From Octopus vulgaris (taxonomy: Eukaryota), in the NCBI GenBank assembly GCA_951406725.2, contig OX597839.1, positions 28,210,001 to 28,274,000 on the forward strand: a DNA stretch of 64,000 bases, given 5' to 3'. The position numbers were made by a program, and so were the translations under genes. Positions 38,301-51,929 of this stretch are shown here, piece after piece. Each line of letters starts with the position of its first letter. The first letter of the stretch is position 1. Below the pieces are notes generated by a model. That model was not told the DNA's origin. It saw only the letters and a program-made list of their open reading frames with translations, and searched no databases.

Positions 38301-38810
38301 CACGGTGCCCCAGTCCACTCAGCTGGCAAAAATGAGTAGAAGCTGTATTTCAAAGGGCCAGCCTTGTCACACTCTGTGTCACACTGAATTTCCCTGAGAA
38401 CTACGTTAAGGGTATACGTTTTCAAAAATTCCAATTCTAAAGGGTCGAAACAAACCCTTTTTTACTTGTTTCAGTCATTAATCGAGCAACTCGACTCCGG
38501 GACTTATTCTTTTGTAAGCCCAGTACTTATTCTATTGGTCTCTTTTGCCGAACCGCTAAGTAACGGAGACATAAACACACCAGCATCGGTTGTCAAGCAA
38601 TGCTAGGGGGACAAACACAGACACACACACACACATATATATATATATACATATATACGACAGGCTTCTTTCAGTTTCCGTCTACCAAATCCATTCACAA
38701 GGCTTTGGTCGGCCCGAGGCTATAGCAGAAGACACTTGCCCAAGGTGCCACGCAGTGGGACTGAACCCGGAACCATGTAGTTGGTAAACAAGCTACTTAC
38801 CACACAGCCA
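37926..38810. mobile_element. SINE B (+, 37926-38245), head-2/tail-Y' SINE fragment (38300-38420) and SINE B (-, 38460-38810)
   Basis: Family-diagnostic blocks as in the other copies. Confidence 0.8.
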
Positions 38811-39292
38811 CCAGTTTTTCTTTTGTTTTTTTTTTAATAAAACAGTCAGAAATAAGAAAAATCAAAAATCTGCAACAATCTCGGTGCCATGAGTATCGGA
38901 TAATGGATTGTCGACTGTGTAAAGAAACTGATTGTGGTGGTCGTAGTTTTGACGGTGATTGGGGTGAAAACAGAGACAGTGTTGATGATGATGATGATGA
39001 TGGTCGAGATAAGTATGGGAGGAGGATAAAATAGCATCGGTGGTTATAATGGCGACAGGAGCGGTGTATTATAACTGCTTCAGATTATTCCGTTTTTTGA
39101 AGGTTTTTAAAAAAAATCATATGGCTGTGTTATTTCTTTTTACCCCCGCCAAGGAGGTTATGTCTTTGCCGGCGTTGGTTTGGGAATTGGGCGATTTTCA
39201 GCATGCGTGTATACTGGGTGGAAATGAGCTGCTTCGCGGAGGTCTGCACTCTCCGACTACTTTTCTAGTTATTATTGTTGTTGTTGTTATTA

Positions 39293-39510
39293 AGGCGGCG
39301 AGCTGGCAGAATCGTTAGCACGCCGGGCGAAATGCTTAGCGATATTTCGTCCACCGTTCCGTTCTGAGTCCAAATTCCGCCGAGGTCGACTTTGCCTTTC
39401 ATCCTTTCGGAATGAATTAAGTACCAGTTACGCACTGGGGTTGATTTAATCGACTCCCTCCCCACTAAATTTTCAGGTCTTGTACCTATAGTAGAAAGGA
39501 TTATTATTAT
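39293..39510 (+). mobile_element. SINE A with tail Z ending in (ATT)n
   Basis: aaggcggcgagctggcag...tgtacctatagtagaaaggattattattatt. Similar copies at 40097-40310 and 58805-59030. Confidence 0.85.
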
Positions 39511-40067
39511 TCAGTGAAAGAACAGTGTACGTCAAAGAAAGTGACACTGGAGTAAAATATACGAAGCCCAATACATCCGTCATGACTACCCGTCTGATAA
39601 GGGTACACCAGGCACACGCATCACAACCATATGTGCGCGACATGGTGATCTCATATCAAGATAAACAGCGCATCACCTTGCAGTTGGGACCCAGTTACAA
39701 TTTTCTTCAGGTCAAGTAGACCATCCTGCTCAAAAGGTCTCTGAATAAGGGCTGTTTAGGGATGTTGAACGAAACACCCATGTTTCCAGAGGTGAATTAT
39801 TCAAACCCCAAAGAATTCCTCTCAACACATGGCTATGCTGCTTCCCCACTACTTCTGCTCGGAATAAGAGATGCACATATCGTCAGCCACTAAGGGACAT
39901 GCTCAACTGGTTAAGGTCAAACAACTGACAAGCAAATCTGTGGTATTGAGCAGAATATTTGCTGTAGCCCACCTTTTGTACCAAAACAAAACAATGTACA
40001 TGATAACACTTACAATCAGTTAAGATCAGAAGCCATGGGAGCCGCTGCTTGGTACTGCATCAGGGCA
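39511..40067 (-). mobile_element. ~560-bp non-coding insert bounded by (TAA)n on both sides; probable non-autonomous retroelement
   Basis: Non-microsatellite block between attattattatt (39500-39511) and aattattattatt (40067-40082). No ORF similarity recognised. Confidence 0.5.
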
Positions 40068-41256
40068 ATTATTATTATTATTGTTGTTGTTGTTATTAAA
40101 TGCTTAGCGGTATTTCTTCTGCCGCTCCGTTCTGAGTTCAAATTCCGCTGAGGTCGACTTTGCCTTTCATCCTTTCGGGGTCAATAAATTAAGTACCAAT
40201 GGAACGCTGGGGTCAATGTAATCAACTGGCTCCCCTCCCACCAAATTTCAGGTCGTGTGCCTATAGTAGAAAGAATTATTATTATTATTATTATTATAAT
40301 TATTATTATTATTTGAATCCTCATTGTGCAGATCAATGATGAAAGGCATTCTTGACAGGACCACCCCGCCTTTTTAAGAGAATCTAAACCAACAAGATCC
40401 AGTGTATCCTTCTTTCCTTTTTTTCTCTGGCTGTTATTTCTAACACGTCCTTCGAAAGTGTGGTGGTGCTGGCGTTAGTGGTGAAGTCAGAGTTTGTAGT
40501 GAGCATCAATAATGTGTGTGTGTGTGTGTGTGTATGGAGGAGGTCAGCTGTAATAGTAGTAGTGGTGGTGATGGCAATGGTGTAGAAACGGTAGTAGAGA
40601 TGGTGATGAAGATAAGGGGGGATGGGGGGGCTTGTTGTGGCGGCGGCGGCGCTGCTGCAGGCAAGAGAGGTTAAACATACTCTTCTGGTTTAAGGAGGTC
40701 AAGGGGTGGAATGGGGTGGGGGTGAGAGAAGATAGTGGTTAGATGAGGCGGGGGGGGGGGGAGATTTAGTGCAGTGGTGGGGAGGGAGAGAGAGAGAGAT
40801 TGGGGAGCGGTGGAGAGTAAATTGATGACGGTGGTTGATAGTGGTGTTGGGAGGGGGCGAAGGTTGTGTTGGTGAGATGGTAGTGGTGGTTATGATGATG
40901 ATGGTGGTGGTTGTGTTGTAGTGGTGGTAGTTGTGTTGTAGTGGTGGTGGTTATGATGATGATGGTGTGGTGGTGGTGGTGGAAATGATGGTGGTGGCGG
41001 TGGCTGTGGTGATGTGGTGCATGTGATGGTGGTGGTGGCTGTGATGGTGGTGGATGTGATGGTGTGTTGGTGGTGGTGGCTGTGATGGTGATGACGGTGG
41101 TGGTGGATATGGTGGTGGGGTGGTGAAGTAACCCTAATGAGTAAGGAAAAGATGGGAAATTCTGAAATGACGGGAAGAAAGAAAAGACGAAAGACAGGAA
41201 GAAAGGAAAGTTTAAAAGGTAACGAGGAGGAGAAGGAGGAGGAGGAAGAAAATTGT

Positions 41257-41295
<39 letters not shown>

Positions 41296-42525
41296 AGCGG
41301 CGTGATGTAAGATGTGTGAGGAAACGGAAGAGGAAATAGAGAGAGAGTGGAGGAGAGGGAGGAGGAGAAGAAGAAAGGTGAGAGAAGAAGAGGAGGAGAC
41401 AGTCGTCCCAGGAAGATATGAGTTCGAGTGGAGATGTGGGTGGGGAAGTAAGACGATGGAGGGGGTGGGGTGTAGAGAATAATGGAGAGAGAGAGATGGG
41501 GGAGGAGAGAGCGGTGGGTGGGTGGGAAGTGAGGGTTCCTTTTCTATCCACCCAGCGTTGTTGTTGTTGGTGGTGGTGGTGGTGGTGGCGGTCGTGGTGG
41601 TGATTTGACGATAAAGAATAGTAGAAGCAGTGATGATGATGTTGATGATGATGATGATGATAGTAGTGATGATGATGATGATAGTAGTGATGATGATGAT
41701 GATGATGATGATGATAGTGATGGTAGTGATGGTGAAGATGGTGGTGGTGGTGGTGTGAGTTTTTTTTTAAGGAAGTACAAGACAAAGAGGTAAAGCATAG
41801 GAATGCGTGTGGGGTATGTACGGGTGTATGGTACCCTGTGTCCTACTGTGTGTGTGTGTGTGTGTATGTGTGTGTGAGGGAAAGGGTGAGAGTGGGAGAA
41901 GTAGAAAAAAATTGAAGTGTGCGAGACTGGAGCAAGAGTAGAGAAGAGATAGTGTGTGTATATATGGGTGTATATATGCATAATAGCCTCCGTGGCGGGT
42001 GGAGCGGCGAGGTGTTAAGGAGAAAGAGAGGCAGAGATGATGGATTACGACGTGATGTGTAAGAGAGACAGAGTAAGGAAGTGAGAGAGAGAGAGAGGGG
42101 GGGAAGAATTCGATAAAGGGAAAGAGAGGAGGGAGTAGACGAAAGGAATAGAGTGGAAGGTGGTTGTATTTGTTGTTGTGGTAGTGGTAGTAGTAGTAGC
42201 ATTGGTGGTGGTGGTGGTAGTAGTAGTAGTTGTAGTAGCATTGGTGGTGGTAGTAGTAGTAGTAGTAGTTGTAGTAGTAGTAGTAGTGGTGGTGGTGGTG
42301 GTGGTAGTAGTAGTAGTTATAGTAGCATTGGTGGTGGTAGTAGTAGTAGTAGTAGTGGTGGTGGTGGTGGTAGTAGTAGTATAACTGCCGGAATGCGTGT
42401 CGTTGGAGGGGGGTGAATGAGAGAGAGAGAAAGAGCGGGGGAGGGGGGGTTGAGACAGGAAACAGAACCAGCCGAGACAAGTTGTCAGTGAGGGAGACAG
42501 TGAAATAAAGGTACTTTTAGGTCTG

Positions 42526-42566
<41 letters not shown>

Positions 42567-43579
42567 GTGTGTGTGTGTGTGTTACCCAGATATTCTTTGA
42601 TATATCAAACAACAAGGTTAACAAGGAAGGGATCTTGTAAGTCTGTGACAGCTGACTGATGTCTTCATCTCGTTTAGTCACAGACAGAGAGGTGGGCGGG
42701 CGGGTGGGTGGGGGTAATCTTTTGTGATTAACATGATAGTGGTGGTGGTGAGGTTTTAGCCCCCCCCACCTCATCCGCCACAGCTACCAACAATACAACC
42801 ACCATCACCATCACCACCTACACCAACACAACCTCCACCGGCATCCGCCGCACCACCACCAACTTATCCATCACCGTCACCACCTCAATTATCATTACTA
42901 CCACCTTAGCCATCACCACCACCATCTCAACCACCACCACCTCAACCATCGCCACCGCTACCACCAACATAACACTCACGACACCACTACAACCTTGAAA
43001 GACTCAACCATCACCACCACCACCAATACCTCCTCCACCAACAACCCTGCTCAAGCAGACAAACCCTCTATTATAACCTGAGGCATTCCAGCCATGACCA
43101 CCGAGCTTCGTTTCTTTCTATTTCATTTTTGAACATTATTCAAAGGAGGCGGCGGCAAATTGTGTGTGTGTGTGTGTGCACTGGAGGCAAAAGGGAGGAA
43201 GGAATAGTGAGAAAGGGGAGGTGATTGACACATCTTTTTTTAATTACCCTAATTAAAAAAAAAACATTTTCAATTTTTATTCCAAGAACAAGTGCCAAAC
43301 TTAAAATAGAAACGGGGATCGATTTGTTCGACTAAACCCGAAGGCAGAGTTTTAGCATGGCGAGAGTCCAACGACTGAACGGAGGAAAAGAGCACAAAGC
43401 AGTCTGTGTGAATCATGTGATAGCATTTTGTACTTATTTTCTTATTGAGAGCAAGCCACAACATACACAGGTTAGAAATGGGTCCCTAAATTTGTGCGAC
43501 CCCTGACACTAGTTACAAAAGAAATGCAGAGTAGTCTGCCAATTTTGAGATATGTTATAACTGTGTGTGTGTGTGTTCT

Positions 43580-44848
43580 TTCAGTCAAACAAATAGACCC
43601 CAGGACTTATTCTTTGTAAGCCTAGTACTTATTCTATCGGTCTCTTTTGCCAAGCTGCTACGTAACGGGGGGAAGTAAACTCACCAACATCGGTTGTCAA
43701 TCAATAGTGAGGGGACAAACACAAACACACAAATACATACATATATAAATATACACAACGGACTTCTTTCAGTTTCCGTCTACCAGATCCACTCACAAGG
43801 CTTTGGTTGGCTCGAGGCTACAGTAGAAGGCACTTGCTCAAAGTGCCACGCAGTGGAACTGAACCCGTAACCATGTGGTTGGGAAGCAAGCTTCTTACCA
43901 CACAGCCACGCCTGCGCCTGTAAGCCACATTGGCTGAGTTCATCTCACACTAACGAGAATAGCCAAGAAGTACTTCAAGCCAACAGAACAACACCAAAGC
44001 GGTTGCTCGACTTTATAGAGACAGCAGCCAATTCACCCTCATATTAAACACAAAGAGCAACACATGAGTTCCAGGGGAAGAGATACCCCACCCCGTTAGG
44101 AATGCCTATGATCAGAGAGAAGTATCTCTGTCCTCTGAGGGCTGACCCAGGGCTATACAACAACGAAATCAGCAACAGTTAGCACATTTCTTGCTATCAA
44201 TAAAATCCCAGTTAATTAGATGAGTTAATTAAACCAATTTAGACTAATTAATTTCGTCTTTACAGTTGCTCTGTTCTCTAATTACCCCCACGTGGTTTCT
44301 AGCATGGTGGATATTTATGTCAGTAAGAACAGACACTAAGACACAAAGGTTTTGAGTTCGATCTCGGGTTAAAGCGGAGGTGTTGCTCAGCGTATGTGTG
44401 TGCATATACACTCTGTCCTTGTGTTTTATTGTGTGTATTTCAGTGTGTGCGGCCATGTGGTAAGAAGCTTGCTTCTCAACCCCAAGGTTCCAGGTTCAGT
44501 CCCACTGCATGGCACCTTGTGCAAGTGTCTTCTACTATAGCCCCAGGTTGACCAAAATTTTGTAAGTAGATTTAACGGGCGGAAACTGAAAGAAGCCCTT
44601 CTTATGTATGTATGTATGTATGTATGTATGTATGTATGTATCTGTGTGTGTGTGTGTATCTTCGTGTCTGTGCTTATCCTCCCAACACCGCTTGACAACC
44701 GGTATTGGTGTGTTTACACCTCCTTAACTTAGCGGTTCGGCCAAAGAGGCCAATAGAATAAATACTAAGCTTTAACAAATAGTAAGTTCTGGGGGTCGAT
44801 TTGCTCGACTAAAGGCGGTGCTCCAGCATGGCCGCAACAAGTAAAAGA
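43580..44848. mobile_element. Divergently oriented SINE B pair (-, 43580-43919; +, 44450-44848)
   Basis: Family-diagnostic head, CORE-like and tail blocks. Confidence 0.8.
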
Positions 44849-45462
44849 ATAGGGTTTTTTTCTTTTTTCCTGTTGAATCAGGACGAACTGAAGCTGGGAG
44901 GCTGAGGATGATGGCGGCGGCGGCGGCGGGGGCAGAAAAGGGCTGCAAATAATTGTTGAGGGTGCAATGATGTATAATAATATTTGTTGAATCGAGTGAA
45001 ACCTATTATAAATATTGATGGAGGAAGATACAAACAAAAAAAATAGGGAGCAGGGAACAAGGTGGCGATGAAATATGGAAGGGAATGGGATATTTCGGGA
45101 ACAACAACAACAGCAAAAAAAAAAAATTAAATACAATAAAAAAAGGAACAGAAGGGATACGAGCCCTCCTTCCTTCCTTCCTCGGGGCTGCATTAATAAA
45201 TTATGCAAATTCAATCCCAGATACAAGATAAAAACAATAATAATAATGATAAACTAATTATCGTTTGAATAGGCGGCCAACACGCGTGCGCGTGTGTATA
45301 TATACACAGGCATTCATACACCCGCGCTGATATAAGTGCATAAATATTTATGTATATATGTGGATGTATTTATGTAGGCCTGTCTATGTTATGTGTGTGT
45401 ATGTATGTTTACATATACATGCAGCGTTATAAATGTGTGTGTGTGTGTGTGTATTTATATAA

Positions 45463-45556
<94 letters not shown>

Positions 45557-45593
45557 GTGTGTGTGTGTATATGTATATATATATGTATATATG

Positions 45594-45624
<31 letters not shown>

Positions 45625-46087
45625 GTGTATATATACATGTATATATACGCATATATATGTGTATATATATCTATATATGTATATATATATATAGCATATA
45701 CACAGGCATACGTAAAGCTCATACATACATATATAATTGTGTATATATATAAATATATATATATATATATACATACATACATACACACACAGACAGACAC
45801 GCATACATACATATATCTGTGTGTATGACGATATACAGCGTCATACATATATAGATTTTATGCACGCTTCTATTCACGTATTGTATACATGTATACACGA
45901 ATGCTAAAAGTGCATGTATGTGCGAGCATACAGTGCGTACATACATCATATATATATACATATATATACTTACACACACACAGTCATATATATATAGACA
46001 TACATACACACACACACATATATATACAGATGTTTGCATACATGCATACTCACTCATCTATATACACAATACATACATACATACATG

Positions 46088-46171
46088 GTCAGGATGGCCG
46101 AGCGGTCTAAGGCGCTGCGTTCAGGTCGCAGTCGGGTCTTCCCGGCGTGGGTTCGAATCCCACTTCTGACA
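46088..46171 (+). tRNA. trnL-CAG: tRNA-Leu (anticodon CAG)
   Basis: GTCAGGA/TTCTGAC acceptor stem, D arm TGGCCGAGCGGTCTAAGGC, anticodon arm CTGCG-TTCAGGT-CGCAG, long variable arm TCGGG-TCTT-CCCGG, T arm GTGGG-TTCGAAT-CCCAC. TTTT at 46180-46183. Confidence 0.96.
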
Positions 46172-46284
46172 ATGATTTCTTTTCAGCGGTGGTGCCCCAG
46201 CATGGCCGCGGCCTTCGGGCTAAAACATTTTTAAGGATTTAAGGACATACATGCCAACACACACATATATACAGATATAGACAA

Positions 46285-46323
<39 letters not shown>

Positions 46324-46444
46324 CACACACGTCTATATACACAATACATACATGCACACACACACATATATACATATACACAAGCACACAGAATTATAAG
46401 AATCCATACAACTCTGCTATATGCTTGTGTGTGAATATGCTTGG

Positions 46445-46481
<37 letters not shown>

Positions 46482-46532
46482 TGGATGTATGCATGCATCT
46501 GTATATAAGCATGGATGTATGTCTCTCCATAC

Positions 46533-46563
<31 letters not shown>

Positions 46564-47403
46564 TTATATATATATATATATATATGCATCAATGTGTGCA
46601 CACAAGTGTCTCCTATGTATATATCTATGCTTACACACATGTGTGTTCGTGTTTGTGTGCGCGCGCGGACATACGCGTTGCCATGAGATAGATCGTATCA
46701 AAGGATATCAAACGAAACATGTATCAAAAAGAAATATTGATTGAAATTATTGGATGGCCAAGTGATAGCTACGTACATTCACACACACATACATTCATCT
46801 ACATCCATACACACATATCCATCAATTCGTAATATATATATATATATACACACATGTGCATGTATACACATCTCTCCAATCATTTATACATAGATATATA
46901 ATATATGTATATGTATGTATGTATGGGGGTTTTGGAGATGTTTAAAAGTAGGTTAGGAGGAAAGTGTGGGAGTCGTTTGGTTGGTGAAGAGGCAAATATG
47001 CTCCGAGGAGGATGGAAACGATGATGGATGGGAGACAGATACGTAACTAGGTGTGTGTGTGTGTGTGTGTGTATTATGTATCCGTGTATGTGTGTATTTT
47101 ACAGGTTTGGTACAACAAACATGGGAAATAAAAATGTGTGTATATATATATATATATATACATAAGTATGTATGTATGTATATATATGTATGTATGTGTA
47201 TATATATGTGTGTATACATATATATATATGTTCATGTATGTATGTACATATATATGTATGTGTGTATATATGTATGTATGTATATATATATGTGCATATA
47301 TATGTGTGTGTAATATATATATACATACATATTCATACATATATATATATACATGTGCATGCATACACATCCGTCCCACCATATATATATGTATATTTAT
47401 ATG

Positions 47404-47437
<34 letters not shown>

Positions 47438-47845
47438 GCATTAATGATAATCTGGAAAACGGAGATTTTCCACATCTATCATTTCATTAAACGGTTATTT
47501 ACGGTAACCGCCTGGATTACGTATCTCCTTGAAATCAGTTTTGAAGATTATATATATATATATTATATTAAATTAGAGATAAAACCACTATTAGGCAAAT
47601 CATACAATGAAAAACTTAAGCCAATACATAAGATTAATTAATTTATATTATTTTAAATATATATCAAAATTATTAAAAAAAGATAATATAATATTTTACT
47701 ATAAAATTGGATTCAATCCTAAATCTGATTTTTCCCTGTAAGTTTGGATTTATTCCCTAATGTTTATTATTATATATATGACAGGAAGTTACAAAACTGA
47801 ATGGAGAGATCGAAAGTTTCGGTCATTGCACGAATTAAACTAAGC

Positions 47846-47882
<37 letters not shown>

Positions 47883-48396
47883 GGTATGTATGGATGGATG
47901 GATGAATATATATACTTATAAGTATATGAACCTATATGTAACAAATCCGTATACAGATGCATGGTACTATGAACAGATGTGTGTGTTGTTATTGTTGTTG
48001 TTGTTATTTTAGAGCTGGGGGACGGGTGTCATTCGAGGTAGATAGAACGATAGACAGCGTGTTATATGGTGCGTGAAATGGATGTGACGAAAAGATAGAC
48101 AAAGAGAAAAGGGAGAGAAGTTAATTGATGCAAGGAAACAGCGCATGCGCGCGGGTACGATCAAAGTGAAAGTAGAAATGAAAAACAAAACAGATAAAAA
48201 GAATTTTTAAAAAAAACAGCTAAAGCAAAAAAAATAATCACAAGTGTTTACGTTGTTTTTGTAGGAGGGGGGGATGTTGGAGAGGGTGGGGTGGGGTATA
48301 ATTATTGGGTCATTTTTATAGAAGGGATGGGGGTGGGGTGGGGACAGAGCACAGGGAATAGCAGAGTGACGGAGTTGGAGGAGGGGGAGAGAAATC

Positions 48397-48497
48397 GAGG
48401 AAGATGAGGAATGAGGAGGAGGAAGATGAGGAATGAGGAGGAGGAAGATGAGGAATGAGGAGGAGGAAGATGAGGAATGAGGAGGAGGAAGATGAGG
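48397..48497. repeat. ~24-bp purine minisatellite (gaggaagatgaggaatgaggag..)n
   Basis: About 4 tandem units. Confidence 0.85.
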
Positions 48498-48747
48498 TGG
48501 AGGATATCGGGATTTGGTAACCGAAATAGATTTAATGATGCTTTATAGTAAAGTTCCAACTTGACTGAGACAGCAGCAGCAGCAGTAGTAGTAGCAGCAG
48601 CAGCAGTTTACTGAATAAATTGTATCATCATCATCATCACCATCATCATCATAAGTATCAACGTCAATAATGGCAGCAGCGGCAGATACAGCAGCAGTCG
48701 ATGTAATAAGACGTCCAACGTAGAAGAAAGTAGCGACCCTGCAGCTA

Positions 48748-48782
<35 letters not shown>

Positions 48783-49004
48783 CACACACACACACGTACA
48801 CAAACGCACAGTCGATCTCTCTCTGTCCCTCTCACTCACTCCCACCTCGTCTCTCTTTCTTTCTCTCTCTCTCTATATATATAGCTGTTTCTCTCTTTCT
48901 CCCTCCCTACCTCTTTCTACCTTGTCCCTTTCTCTCGCCCCTCCCTCGCTTCTCTTCATCTATCCGATTCTCCCTCCTCCTCTCACTCCTTCGTCTCCCA
49001 CTCT

Positions 49005-49292
49005 CTCCCTTCCCTCTATTTCCCTGCCTTCCTCTCTCTCCCTCCCTTCCTCCATTTCCCTGCCTTCCTCTCTCTCTCTCCCTCCCTTCCCTCTATTTCC
49101 CTGCCTTCCTCTCTCTCCCTCCCTTCCTCCATTTCCCTGCCTTCCTCTCTCTCTCTCCCTCCCTTCCCTCTATTTCCCTGCCTTCCTCTCTCTCTCTCCT
49201 CCCTCCCTTCCCTCTATTTCCCTGCCTTCCTCTCTTTCTCCCTCCCTCCCTCCTCTATTTATCTGCCTTCCTCTCTCTCCCTCCCTCCCTCT
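49005..49292. repeat. Pyrimidine minisatellite (~32-36 bp, ccctctatttccctgccttcctctctct..)n
   Basis: About 8 units containing tttccctgccttcc. Confidence 0.85.
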
Positions 49293-49499
49293 ATCTTAGC
49301 CTGCTTCTCTGGATCAGCTCCCTCCCTCTCTCTCTCTGTCTCTCACTCTATCCAATTTAGCTGCAACTCAAGAACAGGCAGTCGATCCGTCGTTTATTCT
49401 ACATAATAAATATACACCGACTGCCAAAAATATTCCACAACCACCACCGCCGCCACAACCGCCACTAATACCATCCCCACCTTGCAATCCTTTTAACTC

Positions 49500-49531
<32 letters not shown>

Positions 49532-49856
49532 TATATATATATATATATAGCATATACACAGGCATACACACCTGAAAAGTGTAACAAACACACACACGCA
49601 TACACTAAACTGCACTTCATATAATAAATTCACGCAGCTTTTGCTCCATTTATTGACAGGCAGACAGACAGACTGACTGACAGACAGACAGGCAAAGGGA
49701 CAGGCAGACAGACAGGCAGACAGGCAGGCAAGGGAATTCACTTGCGTTCAAAAAACACGAATGCATTCACCCCTATATTACAACAGAGTAGATTATATCC
49801 ATCATCCGCGCATATAGCCACAAATACATACACACACACACACACACAAATACACA

Positions 49857-49889
<33 letters not shown>

Positions 49890-50031
49890 TCACGTACATC
49901 TATACAAACACACACATATACACAGGCGCACGCGCGCATTTCTAGCCCTGTATTTTCCGATAGCAGCTGACGACTTTGATGCGGTTCCGCCACTTTCTTG
50001 TGTAGCTCGCTATCTTTGCATATACGAGACA

Positions 50032-50080
<49 letters not shown>

Positions 50081-50437
50081 GTGCACTAGCAAACATTCCT
50101 AGACATTCGACAATATATATATATACATAGATACACGTTTATACATACATATATATATATACAAACTTATATGTATAATATATATATATAATTTACAATA
50201 AATATATTTCACAAATATATATATATTTATTTAATGTACAAATACATGTACAGATTTTACACGGCCGAATATCTCACGTGACAGTTTGGCAACGGCTGCA
50301 GGCAACCACCAGCACCACCACCGCCGCTAACCACCCACACACACACTCACTCACCTCACCCGCTCGTTCGCTCACTCGACCCCACCCCCTTCGTTCTACC
50401 CTGATTTGCCCGGAATCCACATTAGCAAAGCGCACCA

Positions 50438-50543
50438 ATGTCGGACACGGAAATATTTTCATATAGCTCCGACTATGACGCGAACCCGGCTAAAGAGATT
50501 AGGACTACCGCGGAACACAGGGAAAAATTGGAGGCTTTCAAAG
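50438..50543 (+). CDS. Putative alternative first coding exon MSDTEIFSYSSDYDANPAKEIRTTAEHREKLEAFK|(G..), phase-1 donor; spectraplakin-like N-terminus suspected
   Basis: Complex coding-like sequence after a GC-richer leader. Donor AAG|GTAATT at 50544. The end resembles recalled YEDALTQFK|DERD (fly Shot) and YEENLEKYR|DERD (worm VAB-10). Confidence 0.62.
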
Positions 50544-50577
50544 GTAATTATATAACCATCTGTTATACACACCATCG

Positions 50578-50637
<60 letters not shown>

Positions 50638-50661
50638 TTTATTTAAAGCAGCAGAAAATTC

Positions 50662-50715
50662 AACAAAATCTGTTACTCTGAGTTTCTCGTTGCCGTTCAT
50701 CAGACAATTTTTGTT
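50662..50715 (-). ncRNA. Type-I hammerhead motif, short stem II
   Basis: Minus strand aacaaaaattgt-CTGATGA-ACG-gcaa-CGA-GAAAC-tcaga-GTA-acagattttgtt. Siblings at 32250-32280 and 51576-51605 have ACG-GRAA-CGT. Confidence 0.7.
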
Positions 50716-50716
50716 A

Positions 50717-50751
<35 letters not shown>

Positions 50752-51098
50752 TACACATACACAAAATTATATATATATGTATGTATGTATGAAGTGTGAC
50801 TCTAAATTAATTTTTTTTTTTGGAGTGATGTCAATTATTTTGTCCTATTATTTTAATTTTAATCTATGTTTGTGTATATATTGCATATAAACACGCGCAC
50901 AAATATCTGTAAGAGTATGTGTGAGTATAAATAAATGCGTGTATATGTGTGCGTGCGTGCGTGTGTGTATATGTATGCGCTTGTGTCGCGATGTATGTGT
51001 GTAAATATGTATATCGCTATACGGTGTGTACGTGTACAAATGCATATTTGTAGGAAAATGTATATATGTGCATATATGTGGTTGTGGAGGTGTGTGTA

Positions 51099-51157
<59 letters not shown>

Positions 51158-51541
51158 AGGTGTGTGCATACACACACGCACACATATGGGTGTGTATAAA
51201 CACAAACAGAAATGGTTCTATGTCCTTCCTTATAGAATTCGTCTTCGAGAAAATAAATTAAGATATTTTAATTCTACTGTTGCTTATTGAGTTCTTCCGC
51301 AAAAGCTGAGGTTCACAGTGTTTTAAATACACACACACACACACACACACACGTGTATACTTTTATTCTTCTACTTGCTTCAGTCATTGGACTGCGGCCA
51401 CGCTGGGGCATCACCAGGGCGGGTTTAGCGGAACAAAACTCTAACACATTTTTTTTTACGTCTGATACACTACAGCTGTCTTTACACACACACACACATA
51501 CAAACACACACACGCACACGCGCACACACACACACGCACAC

Positions 51542-51665
51542 TTATTAAAACTGTAAAATTTTATCACAAGACCGCTACTCAGAGTTTCACGTTCCCGTTC
51601 GTCGGACGCTTGTGGGAACGGGAAACTGAGTAACGATCTTATGGATAATTTTGCAGCTTTAATAA
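51542..51665. repeat. Inverted duplication of a hammerhead-bearing Penelope-type end
   Basis: ttattaaaactgtaaaatt..aagaccgctactcagagtttcacgttccc versus gggaacgggaaactgagtaacgatctt..aattttgcagctttaataa. Confidence 0.75.
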
Positions 51666-51749
51666 AAGCATATTAATCTACCTTTGGGGTTTCGAGTACT
51701 ATTTTGTCCACCTTGTTTTGCACTTATGTACTCACCTCTGTATATATAA

Positions 51750-51821
<72 letters not shown>

Positions 51822-51832
51822 CAATTAGTTGG

Positions 51833-51908
51833 TTGTCATAATAAAACTCAGAGTTTCGGATACCGGGGGCTGAAGTCTGCTCCGGCATCTCATCAGTTAT
51901 AAAGACAA
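51833..51908 (-). ncRNA. Type-I hammerhead ribozyme immediately downstream of the Penelope RT fragment
   Basis: Minus strand ttgtctttataa-CTGATGA-GATGCCGG..CCGGTATC-C-GAAAC-tctga-GTT-ttattatgacaa. Confidence 0.75.
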
Positions 51909-51929
51909 AACGCTATGAAAAAATCCCCT

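Noticed and set aside
42641-42685. Hairpin gtctgtgac...gtcacagac as a pre-miRNA
   Set aside because: Only 9 perfect base pairs over 45 nt, too short, and no miRNA family recognised.
50544-50890. Continuation of the 150-aa ORF starting at 50438
   Set aside because: It runs through a GT donor into (TA)n and a PLE-type repeat; only 50438-50543 is credible coding sequence.
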